NCBI GenBank assembly: GCA_030141605.1
Contig: JAQGDQ010000263.1
Location: forward strand, 62,001 to 126,000
DNA from: Tubiluchus corallicola
Lineage: Eukaryota > Animalia > Priapulida
Length of the DNA stretch: 64,000 nt
Direction of reading: 5' to 3'
The notes beneath the pieces are model-generated. The model was not told the origin of the DNA. It did no database searches and was given only the letters and a program-made list of their open reading frames with translations. Shown here one piece after another: positions 1-14,636 of this stretch. A program made the translations under genes and the position numbers. Numbering within the stretch: the first letter of the stretch is position 1; each line of letters opens with the position of its first letter.

Positions 1-234
1 TTTACAGTAAAATTGATAGCAACTGTTCCTAGCTAGTGTAGCACACATTTACAGTAAAATTGATAGCAACTGTTCCTAGCTAGTGTAGCACACATTTACA
101 GTAAAATTGATAGCAACTGTTCCTAGCTAGTGTAGCACACATTTACAGTAAAATTGATAGCAACTGTTCCTAGTTAGTGTAGCACACATTTACAGTAAAA
201 TTGATAGCAACTGTTCCTAGTTAGTGTAGCACAC
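1..234. repeat. 47-bp tandem repeat, ~5 copies (truncated by window start)
   Basis: Unit TTTACAGTAAAATTGATAGCAACTGTTCCTAG(C/T)TAGTGTAGCACACA recurs at 1, 48, 95, 142 and 189. Confidence 0.95.
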
Positions 235-1142
235 GCTGACTCTGATAGGGCGCTAGACGGCATCGACAGTCTACATAATGTGCCCAGATGATGCGGGTCA
301 CTAAACAAATGCATGCAAGGCTTCCGACGGAGAACGAAAACCCATCAATCTGGCTTCGGGAAACTGGGTCGCATTAGCCTTTTGTCAATAAGAGCGAGGA
401 ATTTGTTAACGGAAAATGCAGAAAATGACTGCAGACTGTATAGAAAAGGGTTTACCGAACGCAAATGCAACCAATGCATACGCGCCAGGCAGAACCAACT
501 GAAACCGCTGCTGCAGAAAGATACGAAGAACATTTCTAGATTGTAACGCTTATCTTTTTTCCACTCGTATCTTTAGAGACAAATAAAAATTAAAGAATCC
601 ACCATAGTTAGGGAGGAAATGCATGTCAGCATGTGGTGCTGATTAACGTAAAGTTGTAGGTAAATGACATTTTTTTGTATGACTAACAAGGTCCTAATGA
701 ATAACAATATGAAATCACCTAATGGCTGCGACTTTTGAGTTACTTTATTGTAAACTTAGCAAGGCTTGTAGGCGAATTTAAAAAGCTGCTTCATATTCGA
801 CATTATCAAAAGCATTGTGATCCCCCCCCCCCCAACAACAGCAACATTTTTGTTGAATCTGAAACAATGAAGCCATCATACGCAGAATGAAATGGCTTCA
901 GAACGAGATGTCGGCAATAAAGTCTCATTACAGATGACAGCTGTTCCCGCTCTTGCAACTGTCAGAATCCAGGACGCTAGACGCTCTTAAGATGGCATTA
1001 CAACCGTCTCAAATGTCGTGTAAGGCTGTTGGGTAATGGGTTGAACAGAGTGAATCTAGAGGAAGAATTGTCGTTAACGATGTAGTACATACGATTCAAG
1101 ATTCAGAAAGTACGTGGAAAGCGAACAAGTGCCAATCATGAA

Positions 1143-1450
<308 letters not shown>

Positions 1451-2637
1451 CCCCGTTCTCCTGCCTCTTTTTTTTACTTCTTCCTCTTTTCATCTCTCTT
1501 GCTCTTTCCCTCATACTGTCACTTTTTGTGGTAGTATTGCTATCACACGAACTTGTCTTCTTTTGAAGTGAGTTTGCTAACATAGGAGACACCATTTCAG
1601 CCCATTCAGATTCATTCTACACTCCACTTGTTTCACTTAATTATGCATTAGCGCTGATAGCTTGGTCATTACTATATGGGGCGATTTTTAAAGTCAAAAG
1701 TTTTCCGGGTGGTAAAGAATGTGACAAATAGACTGAAGAGTAGAAAAGCACCCCGAATAGAAGTCAGAGAACCAACTAGTGGCAAAGTAAATTTGTTTTA
1801 CAAATGAATGTTTTGGACTAAGCATGCAACACACGCCTGGAGCTGCTGTAACAGTATCAGAGGCAATTAGGTCAGGCCGAAGAAATAAGAGACTGACGTA
1901 CTTAAAATGCTGACCAAATGGCTCTAGCTGGTAGTAATCATTCCAGGTTCAACTAATGGAAACAGTTATGTGACATACTGGTAGGCACTCAAGTTGCGTT
2001 GCAAAAATTCAACACATCCCATGCATAATCAATATTCATCTACGCACTATACAACATAGGACACATTGATTTCATTTTGGTTCCCAAGCCAAAGTTTTTA
2101 AAATATATATACGCAGGTTCAAACCCCGACCTTTGCTCTTCTTAAAGCACAAAGTAAAAAACATCAAAATTAATGTTATCATGGAGAACGGTACAGTAAT
2201 TGCCCGAATGTTGTTCCACCTGCCGGAGTAAGTGTTAAACTAAGCTATTCTAATCCACTAGACAAACGTACACTGCTTAACAAACCTATTTGTTTACGAA
2301 GTAGTTTTTGGCAATTGTTGAAGTTAAACAGCACATAACGACTAGAAAAACACCACAATTGTTACAGACGACCACTACATCAAGGCGCTTCCTTCTTCGA
2401 TGGAGATCTCCTTTTATTCGGTGCACGCAACAAAATCATTAATAAATTTTGGGGTACCAAACGAAGAGGCGCATGAAAATGTGCTAGGACACCACAAGGT
2501 GGGGTTAAACCAATTATTTTACCGAAATTCCCCGGATCTCGTCTTGGAACATTTCGTTAGAAACCAAAACGTGAGAAAATTTACAACACATTAAACTGCA
2601 AACCTTTACGAAAAAAGTCGAATCCCCTCTTTGGATG

Positions 2638-2960
2638 TAATGAATGAATGAATGAATGAGTGAGTGAATGAGTGAGTGAGTGAATGAATGAGCAAGTGAG
2701 TGAGTAATTAGTGAATGGATAAATGAATGAATGAATGAATGAATGAATGAATGAGTAACTGAGTGAGTGATTAGTGAAAGAATGAATGAGTGAGTGAGTA
2801 AGTGAGTGAGTGAGTGAGTGAGTGATTAGTGCATGAATGAATGAATGAATGAATGAATGGATGGATGGATGAATGAATGAATGAGTGAGTGAATGAATGA
2901 ATGAATGACTGAATGAGTGAGTGAGTGATTAGTGAATGAGCGAATGAATGAAAAAATCAA
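2638..2960. repeat. (GAAT/GAGT)n tetranucleotide microsatellite
   Basis: Directly visible. Confidence 0.95.
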
Positions 2961-3663
2961 TGAAAAAATGATGGATTAGGCTCTTAAGCTTTACAAATGA
3001 GGTTAAATTGAATTAAAGGGACCACAAAGGGAACAAACTCGAACGAGACAGTCAAGGGTTAACAATCCAACTAAGACCAAGACTTCATATCACCAATTGC
3101 ATATACTGTAAATCTACCTATTATTGACTGTCACATTACTTCGTGCCCATACATTATTTATGCACATACTCAGCAACGATGAATGCGCAGAATAAATAAA
3201 TAAAGCTCTAAAAGCCAGCCCATGGGTTACTTTTCTAATGTTCACGATGTAATGTATTAATTCGTAATGAGATTTCTACAATGAAAATAAAGGAAAGCAA
3301 CCATGAGGAAAATTTAGTAAACGTAACCCCTAGCTGTCGCGTCGAGTCAAGCGCTATTAAAGCAAGTTGTTTATGCAAAAACAAAGTCAAGAGAAATGAA
3401 TGCATAATAATTACTGGGGCGAAAGGGTTACTTAGCAAAAGGGTCACATAAAAAGTTTAATGAATGAACGCGGAACGAAAGTTTGTAAGCGTACAGATAA
3501 CCTCAAGCATTGTAATGTAAAATAACATGAATAAAGCAAGTAACTACATTTTACAATTTAAGCGCGTCTGTTGTAACTATAACACGTATCGGTCCCACTA
3601 TTTCATCATTAACTAATTTGACTTGGGTATTTTAAAACATGCAGTAGTAAGTACACTACGTGT

Positions 3664-4267
3664 GGCCCATTTCACAGTGAGGACGCACAGTTCCTTCTGC
3701 AGTTCTTGGCAAGGAATTCTGCCGCCTGCTACAAGCTATGCGTCCTCCTCGTGAGGAATCTTGCTGCATGGTAATAATAAGGCATGTTCCAATTTAACTA
3801 CTCAATTACTTCTTTCTTATTTTAGCATATCACAATTGACACATTGAGCATAAAATTCTAAGATTTAATCTCCTTTTTTAACAGACTGACGATTTTGTAT
3901 TTTATTAATGCAACATCGATGGTTATATTCATGAAAAGGAAAAATAACGCAAGCACATATTTAATTTATACGTGTATATCTTCAGATTTTGAATGTGTTA
4001 GCAGAACTTTACTAAAAAAACAAACACGTCAGACATTAAATTGACTAACATTGTTAACTGTACTTTGTATATGAGAAATACGGCAAGTACAACTTGATTT
4101 AGACGTGGTTTGCAGCATAAAACTCGCAAAGTACCTGCAGCTAACTAGACCACGCGGTTTCACTGTGAAATGAAATTTCTTGCTTATGTGGACTCAGTTT
4201 TGAGAAAAATCGAAAATTTTCCAACGTTCTGACAGCAAATCCGTGCGTCCTCACTGTAAAATGGGAC
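3664..4267. mobile_element. Non-autonomous DNA transposon (MITE) with ~25-bp terminal inverted repeats
   Basis: Left CCCATTTCACAGTGAGGACGCAC is the near-perfect inverse of right GTGCGTCCTCACTGTAAAATGGG; no coding capacity. Confidence 0.7.
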
Positions 4268-5246
4268 GTAAGCCGAGCCTAAAGCTGATCTGCAAATGAT
4301 TCATGTTTTCATTATTTTTTCTATATCTACATGTTTTTCCTACTATGTTGTGTAAGGACATCTGTTTAAGGAGCAACTGTTTAGATCTTTTCTAAACTTT
4401 GATGCTTTTCTCCAGCTTCCTGTGCGATTTAATGATTTTATGAAGGGCATCTTTTAGACAGATTTATCAATCCAAATGTTATCGTTCACATTTTATCAAA
4501 TTCTATCGTTGCGATTGTCAGTCTTGTGTAAAAATAGCAAAATCTCACAATCCTACACATTTCGAAACTACATGTGTAATTACCCATCAATTTACTTGTT
4601 AAGTTCAGTGAATTACTGTTTATTTACGAGCGGAAATGCAATGTGACCTTGATACGTTGACACCAGACGTTATAAATTTCTAGATTAATCAAATTATGGC
4701 AACTAATGTTTATTAACGTTTACAGCTAAGCAGGTATTTCTCGTTTTTATCTGGTTACTGTCTGTCTGCCTCGGTGTCAAATTAACCTTAACTCCGCAGA
4801 AACAAATGAAGTCAGCTCAACCTATTAGGTGTAATGTAATTACAAGCTGTAAAACATGGGTTCGAGTCTCACCACAGGGACACTTTTTGCGACTACTGTG
4901 ACTGGAAATTGTATCTTCAACTTAAATTTGTGTAAAACATTGACAAAGGCAAAAACAATAATAAATAGAAAGACAAAGGATCTTTTGTGCGTTTTCCGCA
5001 TCTTTACAACTGAATTTAAAAGTCAGTTGTCAAATTGTCAGGCAAATTTAATACCAACAGTAATTGAAATTTCTCATTTTGTAGTTCACATGCACACTGT
5101 GACAGCAATTACCAGACGACAGTGATTGGCAATTTTGCGCGTTTACAAGCCAACAACAGTTGAGAATATCCGAGTACTAGAAATTACTGCTTAAAGAAGA
5201 CGAGACAATGATATTACTCGTCCTTTTTATCGCCTCACAGTCCTAC

Positions 5247-5668
5247 TAGTGGCGGATTTAGGGCCTGCGACCCCCCCCCCCCAGTAGCAATTACAGCACA
5301 CCAAGTGAATATTTTCTCTAGATTATAACGTTTAGTGGTAGCTTTTAATGACTTATATCGAGTAGAAAGTTCTGCATTAACGATTTTAGTGTAAAAACAT
5401 TTGTGCACTTTAAGTGATAATTGAAGTTTTTGGCAAAGATGTCGCTGTGCGCAATTATGTGTTACACTAGTGTGTATACTAGTTTATTGGTGGGTAATTA
5501 AGAGTCAAAAGTTTGAGGTGACATAATGAGTTTTAAACTATTGAATTTGCTTGAGGAAATAGTAAGAAAAATGGTCTAAAATGCAATAAAATACATTGGT
5601 AGCCGGGGTTCCCCAGACCCCCTAGCTAGTTGGGTCCACCCTTTTCCCAAAGCCTGTATCCGCCGCTG
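5247..5668. mobile_element. MITE with short TIRs and a CCTAC flanking duplication
   Basis: Starts TAGTGGCGGAT and ends ATCCGCCGCTG; CCTAC is directly repeated on both flanks. Confidence 0.7.
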
Positions 5669-6129
5669 CCTACTGTGACAGTTGTACTTCTCATACTGCT
5701 AGCAAATTAACCTCCGTATTCTCCCGCTCGAATGCTGATAAAGCCACTTGCATAACAGTGTTCAGTTTTTTTGCCGGATTACTGCTGTGATTACACCTTT
5801 TGAGGGAAAATTTCTTTTATTTTACAGTTCTCCCTGCCTAATGACTGCAACAGGCGTAATAGACGTATGACGGTGATTCTCTCCGTTCAATGTCTAGTAT
5901 AAAGACGAAAGTAAAAGAGTGAATGGGTAAGTGGGAAGGCGGTGAGAGGGGTGTTTGTCTGTGTTTGAGTGCATTACTAAAAGAGAGAATGAGAGAGGGA
6001 GGGAGAAAGAGTATTAGTGGGCTAACGAATAAGAGCAAACAAGTGAATAAGTCAGTTAGAAGATCGGTTAGCGAGGGGTGCAACAACAACTGCAATGTTT
6101 CTAACAGAGATTTCTGACAAGAGAGACCA

Positions 6130-6645
6130 ACCATGTGCGACAAGCCTGTTTATACGGCGAATATGGCGAAACATTTCATTAGCTATATTCGACCAGTCCT
6201 ATGGAATAAACTAAGCCGCAATTCAAAATGCAGTCACTCCCTTTCAACTTTAAAAAACCGTCAGAAAAGAAATATTTCAAAAGTATTGAGAGTAACACAG
6301 TTTGATAATGGTAATCACCTGCATTCTTTTTCCACAGTAATCTTAATAAAACGTGACTATGCTCAACAGGTTACTGAACACTTTATAATCATGATCACAG
6401 TTTTTCTTAGTTCTCGCTCCATTTCATCTTTCATTCACTACTCCCCCACACTTTTATATATATCTTAGGCTCAAACTGTATGCATCAAAATCATTCTGTA
6501 ATGTAATTTGCACGTGCATATGCTGCATAAGAATCTCTTTTGTATTTTCTGGATGATATTGCATTTATATTTATATTTACTTCAGTGGAAAATTATCTGT
6601 ATTTTTATTATAACTGTAAGATGCAGTACGGAAATAAATAAATGT
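6130..6645 (+). mobile_element. 3' end remnant of an L2/Crack-like LINE
   Basis: Peptide ISYIRPVLWNKLSRNSKCSHSLSTLKNRQK resembles the L2-clade ORF2 C-terminus (Y.GP.LWN.L...K.S.SL..FK..LK); an AT-rich tail ends in AAATAAATAAAT. Confidence 0.55.
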
Positions 6646-7202
6646 GCTTCGCCTTGTCGATCTTCGGTAATCTACGATAATCAGTAATCTACACTAACCA
6701 ACGTATGTCAAAAAGAATTATTTACGGAAATAGTAAGAGAGACAGAATAACGTAAAAAGTGAAATAGTTTTTGTAAGTGAAGTAAAATACAACCACACAA
6801 GCAGGAGTGCTACACTTCAAGAGCGAAAATGCTCCTTAAGGAAGCAGTTTTTTCTATAAAGCCATTCTACCGAGCAATAGCCCTAATACAGACTTCCTTT
6901 CACTAGATCTAATGCCTATTATTGGCGTAGATGTCAAGGAACGATAATAGCCACTTAGAGCTGCTGATTTAGCGAAACTGACCGCAAAAAATCCCTCTAT
7001 TAGCGGTGTAATTGTAAGCACAATTTGAAACGTCAGCTACCCAGAATAGAAATCAGGGATGAGTATCAGGAAGGAATATACTGGAACAGTATAGTTTCCT
7101 TTAGGTAACACTTTAAATTTTCAGAATGCAGCCTAGTTTATATCTTAATGAACAGCCATTTGCATCACATTTGTGACTTTTGCAGTGATGTGCATGCAAC
7201 GT

Positions 7203-7805
7203 TTAAAGCAAAGCACGATGATTTTCCATATTCTGCCCTTTGTAAAATGTACGGTAAAATGTACACAGTTTAAACACACATAATAATGCCAAAGCATCAG
7301 ACAATTAAACAATAGGTTAAAAACTTAATTAACGGCGGGCAAGCCCAACTATTGATGACATCACAAACGAACATAATTTTCAACAGCACAAACATTCCAT
7401 GAGCGTGTTGTGCGTGTTTGTGAAAGCGAAAATTGAAGTACATTGCTACTGTAAGATTTTCAGTGTATTGTACTAAAACTAGGCAAGTTTTAAGATAAAA
7501 ATTCGAATTTAAAATTTACCTCGGCGCTCACGCAGGAAAACTCCAACGTGCATATTACGTCACAAACGAACAGATCTGAACTGAGAGGTACAGCACCTGT
7601 TTTTCATGCAAAGCGTTTCCGAAATGCAGACGCTAGTGCTCAACTAACTAATAAATGGCAAAAAGCGAAGAACTAGCCGCGGTAACACGAGATTACTTTT
7701 GTGTGGTAACAATTCTTTTTATAAAAAAAGGATGTTCCCTTCCGATATTCTAAAGAGTAGATTGTTTTGACCTACAGTTTAGTATTGGGTCCGGTTTGCC
7801 TTTAA
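7203..7805 (+). mobile_element. TTAA-flanked MITE family A, copy 1 (Kolobok-like termini)
   Basis: TTAA|AGCAAAG...CCGGTTTGCCT|TTAA; clearly homologous to 15530-16145 (+) and 11630-12223 (-), e.g. shared AAACTTAATTAACG...ATTGATGACATCACAAA and GAGTAGATTGTTTTGACCTACAGTTTA. Confidence 0.8.
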
Positions 7806-9615
7806 ACATGTCAAACGACTTAAAAACTAAAAGCAAATTTGACGTTCATTTATAAGGTTTTAAAGACTCTACACTATTCTAAATACATAAGGTCGTGATT
7901 ATTTAAATCGATATGTTAGACATTTCAAACCCGCTGATGTTTGTGAAGATCCATCCAGTTACAACGTCAGACCAAAACCTGCTGAACTACCCCAGAAAGA
8001 AGCACCTGACAAGTTGTGTGAAGGATTTTAGGTTATTTTATTACTTCAGTGTTATCTCATTCTGTAAACCCCCCTATACTGTCCTTTAACTGCATTCGAA
8101 TGTCTTGACTTGGCTTCTCTCTGTCATGCTCTATTGACAGAGCTGGTTTACCTGGTCAGTTGGCAGTCGGTTCTTGGCTAAGAGAGTTGTTGTTGTTGTT
8201 GTTTGTCTCAGTTAAACCATTTATTTGTCAAGAGTAATAGAGCCATGATGTAAGTTTATTCAGTCTCACTTTATTATTAATTTCTTTGTTTCTTTTTTGG
8301 CTCAAATTAGTTTGTTATATTTTGTTATGATTTTTCTTACAGATAAAACGTAATAAAACTACTCAAACATGAATTTTTTGACTTTGGGCATCATGAAGTT
8401 GTAGTCTCTCACAAGTTGAATGATCCTGCTATTTCAAGCCGAAGCCAAGGAGTTTTCGGACCATGAATAGCACCACAATATGCTGCAAACTCTGATTGTG
8501 AAGATCCATCCAGTTACAACATCAGACCAAAACCTGCTGAACTGAAGCACCTCACAAGTTGAATGATCCTGCTATTTCAAGCCGAAGCCAAAGAGGTTTC
8601 AGACCATGAATATCACCACAATGTGCAGCAGCAGCAACTGTTGATCTGGTTAGCAAAACAATACCGGCAATTTATAGGTCGCTTTTGCAAAACATTTACA
8701 ATCCGGCAAAAGCCGTGTTTTCATAGCTAGACTAGAAACGTTTTCCTAACCACAACAGCAACAACAACATGCCAAGAAGGTCATTTACCAAGAGTGGCAA
8801 TACTTGGCTTCAATGTTCACTCTGCAACTGTGGGGATCCCTATGTGGACCGTGAATTAACTGTGTATGTATCGTACTCTTCCTTTTATCGAAAACAATTT
8901 TTACAATCATTGGGTTTGGTTAGCTTCTTCTGTACTTGTTTTTGCCTACACATGTACATGATTGAACGCTTTCGTGGTACTTTCGCCTGTTAAGAACCAT
9001 AAATTTGAACCCGACAAAGAGTAATGTGTTGCAGTTATTGTACAGGTTCAGAATTAGTTTGAAGTTTGGTTGAATCTTTGAAGTTGATAACAACAGTTTT
9101 ACTCGGTTAGATTCCTGGTAAAATCTATTTGGCAACCCACACGATACTACGTCAGATCAAGAAATCAGTCCTTTATTAAAAATTCTTTTATTACAACTGA
9201 GCGCAGATGAAAGTACTTTGATAGAAGATAAGATATTTCAATACAGGATTAGTATATCAATTCCTTAGCTGTCTTTACTCATATATGTCTCCTAATCCTC
9301 ATTAATACTTTAAAACGGGGAACATTAATGGTGATGTTCCGGCTATAATTAAAGAATCATCACACCTACACGTTGTGTTACTTCCTGGTTGACGTTTAAA
9401 ACTTCGTTAAACTTTCTTAGCTGTGACTTGCTTAAATCACGTGTCAGTCTGGTTCAGGATACGTAAATTACGAAAAAAACGAACGTTATGCCGGCAACAT
9501 TAAAAATGTGTAACCCATTCGCAGAATTTGGTGTTGTTTTCGTTTAGTTTTAATTTCCAAAATTTGAGTAACATGCGCTTTTGCAGTAGATATAGGTCTA
9601 TTGTTTGCTGTTTAA

Positions 9616-10073
9616 CCCTTTCAGTCCCAAATTATTTTTGTAATAAGAAAATTTTTTTTGGCTTGGTACTTTTGTTCAGTATGTCCATCTTGTTTACACA
9701 TAATAATTATTTTTTCTACCTGTGCCCGCGTGCTAAATATAACCTGTATCCCACGGGATGCATTGGGATTTAATGGAAGCATAAAATGTGCTTCATTTTG
9801 CAACTGCTGATAATTTTTTAAAGTATTTAAGACATTTAGTATGCATGCTATGCTGATCTGTACAAAGTCGTCTCTAAAGTACTGTACCTTGTGCAGTTTT
9901 TTATGCTATGTAGATTTTCTAGTTTGCCATTTTATCACCATTTTAGTCTATTGTTATTGGCTTAAATCAAAACAACTATTAACAGATCAAATAACTGTCA
10001 GTTTTAAAATTTTATTAAATTTAAAGGCAGAAAATATTCTCGTATCCCACGGGATACAACGGGTATGAAAGGG
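9616..10073. mobile_element. piggyBac-like MITE
   Basis: TTAA|CCCTTTCA...TGAAAGGG|TTAA, i.e. CCC/GGG termini with a TTAA TSD; internal palindrome GTATCCCACGGGATAC. Confidence 0.8.
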
Positions 10074-11189
10074 TTAAATAACAGTATGACATGACGGTGT
10101 TACACAGTTGCTTCTTTGGATTGACGTCACAATAGGGTTCTATATCTCGTCCTAAAATACAACACTTTTACGGTTGAAGGGATTCATTTACGTAAAATAT
10201 TATTATTATTGTTACATTTTAGAACGTAAAACATTCGTTCGTTTGTCGTTTCGCTCATTCACTCATTCGTCCGTTCAGTTGACAAGTTCATCGTTTATCA
10301 TAAATTATGGACGCCGTTATTATACGTTATCTTTTGCTTGTGCCCACTTTGTCGCAGCTTAGTAACAGTGAAGGTGAAGGCATCAACTGTCTTGCGTTGT
10401 TAGTGTTCTACGGGCATTGTGATCACGCTTACCATATTAAACGTCTTATCCATAATAAATTGCAGGTTAAATTCCAATTAAAACTAGCTACCCTTGTAAT
10501 GTCCTTCTAATATTTTGGTATGTGAATATTGAATTTTATGGAACACTAATAATATGTGCAGAGCGATACTGTACAAGCATTAAGATGTTTTAAGTGTGTA
10601 TGTGCTCGTATTACGGCATAAAGAGGCGTCACAATCGACATTCCCAGAATGAAGAAAAGTGAATCCACAGAGTGGGAGATATAAACACGTCTAAACACGG
10701 TTATTAAAGTTTAAATCAGGTATTAAATCACGAGGGAAGTGACAGTTTTGATTAGGAAATTATACTACACGCAAGAAACGCTTAATGCAATAAATTATTA
10801 CCTACATTAACACCATGACATGTTAATATTACACCGGCTTGCTAACCTGTTTAATGTGTTACCTGACCTGGCAAGGTTATCGCACGATAAACTATTACCA
10901 AGAAGTGACCTAAGAGTCACCCTGGTGACGAATTCAGGAGTGAGCACAAACTCAGTGACACCGTGTCACATTCCCAAGTAATGCAACAATTACCCTAACG
11001 ATGCAGTGAGAACATGACTTTGTGCCATATTCACAATTTGAGAAACACTTCAAATGCCATTTTGACAAGCGAGTTAAGATGTGCCCTTTCTATCACACAA
11101 ATGTGAGTAAAAGCAAAACCAGAACCAATGTTAAACTGTAGGTCAAAACAATCTACTCTGTAAAATATTGAAAGGGAACTTTATTATGG

Positions 11190-11629
11190 TAAATTATTAG
11201 AATCTGCACTGCATAGTAATTATTTAATTAGTAAGCTAGCCTATTAGCGTGCATATAAAATTTTTAAGTCCGAAAGATTGAAATTTCTCTACTGTCTAAC
11301 GGTTGGTAATTTCCCAGCTTAGAATTACTGCCTGGAATGCAGAAGTTCTGCGTTCGAATTCCTACGGGCAAATAAATTGTTTTGTTTTTTATTCTTCGCT
11401 CGAAATACAGTTACCATTTATCGTCATAGATTTCTTCAGTTATTACAGTATTTATAACTTAATTATTAGTCAAATCAAACTGATGAATTACCTTTAATCA
11501 CTTTTTAATAAGTTAAACTTTTCTAATGTTCGCCGAGAATAAATTTTATTAGACAGTGGACTTGTGAAAACTGAATCTAGATTTCAGTACGAAAAAGCTA
11601 GCAGCATCAGGATAATGTAGGTGATAGAG
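11190..11629 (+). repeat. ~440-bp repeat with a tRNA-like segment, present inverted at 16146-16578
   Basis: High-identity inverted match; contains an anticodon-like stem-loop CTGC-CTGGAAT-GCAG and a B-box GTTCGAAT at ~11328-11360. Confidence 0.8.
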
Positions 11630-12223
11630 TTAAATCAAAACCAGACTCAATTTTAAACTGTAGGTCAAAACAATCTACTCTTTAAAATATTGAAAGAAAA
11701 CATGCTATTTTTTTCAAAAATGACTTACGTGAAAGAATTCTTACCACACAAACACAATTTCACGTTCGTGCCACTAGTTCTTCTCTGTTACATGCATTTC
11801 GGAAACGCACTGCACAAAAGTGCATTACCGTGCTGTACCTCCCAGTTCAGATGTGTCAGTTTATGACAAACTACACACGTTCGACAGCTCATGCGTGAGC
11901 ACAGCAGTAAATTTGAAATTTGAATTTTTATTTTAAAGTTTGTCGAGCTTTAGTACAACACACGGAATATCTTACAGTAGCACTGTACTTCAATTTTCGC
12001 TTTCGCAAACACAGGCAACAAGCTCATGGAATCTTTGTGCTGTAGAAAATTATGTTAATTTGTGATGTCATCAATAGTTTGGCTCGCCCGCCGTTAATTG
12101 AGTTTTAAATCTATTATTTAATTATCAGAAACGCTTTGGCAGTATTAATCGTGTTAAAATGTATACTATTTATCAGATTTGAAAATGGGGTAGTATATGA
12201 AAAATCATCTTGTCTTCCTTTAA
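11630..12223 (-). mobile_element. TTAA-flanked MITE family A, copy 2 (inverted)
   Basis: Reverse complement of the 7203 and 15530 copies; TTAA at 11630 and 12220. Confidence 0.8.
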
Positions 12224-14503
12224 GAATCACCTTAAAGCTAAACACAGAGAAAAGTGAATGAAGAATCGTACGCGGAGACAGTTTTGAGGACTGAGTTACC
12301 ATCACGCTAGTAACAAGCAGAAAAGTCAACAAGTACATTAATACCACACGATGTGAAGTGAAGCGGTTTGTGACTTAAAAATTGACAAGTAACTTAAAAA
12401 CCCGTCAAGGAGCATCCCAGTACCACAAATGGTAAAATAAAATCTTATCCAAGTGACACGTTAGTTAAGGTTCATAAGTGCTACAACGAAGGCTGCAGTA
12501 AAAATCACCTAGTGCAAGCAAAGAGAAATGAATCACTCCAGGTATTATTTTGGTAACAAAAGAACCCGCAAAAAATTTTACGTATAAATCCACGTATAAT
12601 CAAAAATACGCGAACATCCTTCCTAGTGTTTGTTTACTTACCTAACGCAAAGCCAGCATCAGCAGCTTTTGTTAACTGAATTAAAGTTATATGGTTATAG
12701 ACAGAGTATAATGGATGACGTCAGAACAATGCCTTTGCGTCAGCAGTTTTCTAAGCGAAAATTGCCGAAAATAGAACATCTAATTAACTCGTTGGTACTC
12801 CTTTTGGTGGACGTGTCCTAAAATATAGCCCACATCATCGTGTAGCCCTGTTGTTCCTCTTTCTAAACAGCTGTATATCTCCTTCAGAGAGTCCCGCCAG
12901 GCGCCGCCAGAACGTTTTTTCTGCATGGTATTATTTTGTATTCCAGGTATTATTTTGGTAATAAGACAAAGCTACGTTTATAAGGTTAGGTAGCGGGCAG
13001 ACGTTTAATTTTTATAGTTGCAAGCTGAGCTAAACCTGTTCTGTTACTTCAATAAAATCATCATTACTCAATTAAGACGTGTTTGTTGAAGTTAAAGTAC
13101 ACATGGCTAGCGGCTATCTTGACTCACTAATGTGTTGCTAGATTCACTGTGTGTATATAAAGCGCAGTTCACACCGTGAAAACATTTTTAATAGCAAGTT
13201 TTACTCGTCAACACAAAATAGGTCGGTGACCCTGTGCGGAGCAAAAGAACGCCTAAAGACAAGCTGTTCAGAAGTTCATATAATCTAATTTCAAAAGTCA
13301 CTTAAAATTGTTAAAAACTACAGCCAGCTTACAGTTGTAAAACTATAGTAAACACCTGAGATAATTTACAACCCTGCCTAGTACCTTGTCCCTAATGAAA
13401 CACGACAGTCCTAATGAGAAGCATACAGTCTCATTAACCTTAGAGTTAAATAAACTAGGGTAATGCTTCTTGCGAGGCAGTCTTTTTGTCTTTAAGTAAA
13501 CTCAACTGAGTTTAATCAAACCAATGTGGGCCATATGGTGAAAATTAGAAGAGTACAGACCGTGCCGAAAAGAGAAGTCTAATTCACAAACTACTGCCAA
13601 AGTTTTCAAACTATAAAGTTAAATGCTCAAAGGTTTATACACTGAAAATGAAAATAACAGATTATATGTGTAAAAATGGAATAAACAGACTATAGAAGAA
13701 TGTGTTTTAAAATTACGTATTCTGTTTTTGTTTTTGAATTTTTTACAGAACTGATAATGTTAAAACAAAAAAATGTTCTTAGTACGGTGTACCATAAAAT
13801 CACAAAACGCAGACGGCATAATACCCAGCCGTAAAATTTCGAAAAACTTGAGGCAAAATAACAACCGGTAAACTACCCGACAGTCATTAGGTGCCAGATC
13901 ATTTCTGTTTTAAAGCAATAACGATAATCACGTTGTTTCCGGCAATAGCGATATTCGTTTATCGTTACGAAGCACGCGTCATCAGCACTTCATTTGTCCT
14001 GGGCCTGGCGTCGTACTGGTGTATAGGATTTTCTAAATAAACACCGTTAATGCTTGAAATGGCAGTTTACATTAATATGTAGCCAAACCAATGCTGAGAA
14101 ACACCAGGTGCCCAATATCAAAAGTATTGACAGGAAGCAAATACAATCCACTGTGTAGGACAGACTGTGTCAATCTTTTGCAAGCTGAAAACAATATCAT
14201 GACGTTAGAAACGTCTCAGACAAAAAGCAATACATGATAGTCCCCCCTTCTTGCAAAAAGCAATACATGATAGGCCCCCTCCCCCTTCTGGCCCTTCACC
14301 AGCAGAACGTTTTCTTGCAATCGAAGTTTTAAGGAATATTTAATTGCATATTTTAGAGAATGTGCTAAGGCAACCGTCTTTTGGATTTTAAAAAGCACAA
14401 GTCAACTTACATCACTGTCTTACTGCCATTCTCCGATTATAAATAAGAAACTTCTAAAGAACAAAAAAACCTTGAAGTTTTATGTCATTGCAGAATTTTT
14501 ACT

Positions 14504-14636
14504 TTACCTTAGTAACTGCGTGTAACTAACACTACTAACGTTTATGTTTACCTTAGTAACGGTGTGTAACTAACACTACTAACGTTTATGTTTACCTTAG
14601 TAACGGTGTGTAACTAACACTACTAACGTTTATGTT
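14504..14636. repeat. 44-bp tandem repeat x3
   Basis: TTACCTTAGTAACGGTGTGTAACTAACACTACTAACGTTTATGT repeated. Confidence 0.9.

Noticed and set aside
11289-11368. Functional tRNA gene (GGA anticodon-like loop, B-box)
   Set aside because: No convincing acceptor stem or D-arm, and it sits in a duplicated repeat; treated as a tRNA-derived repeat.
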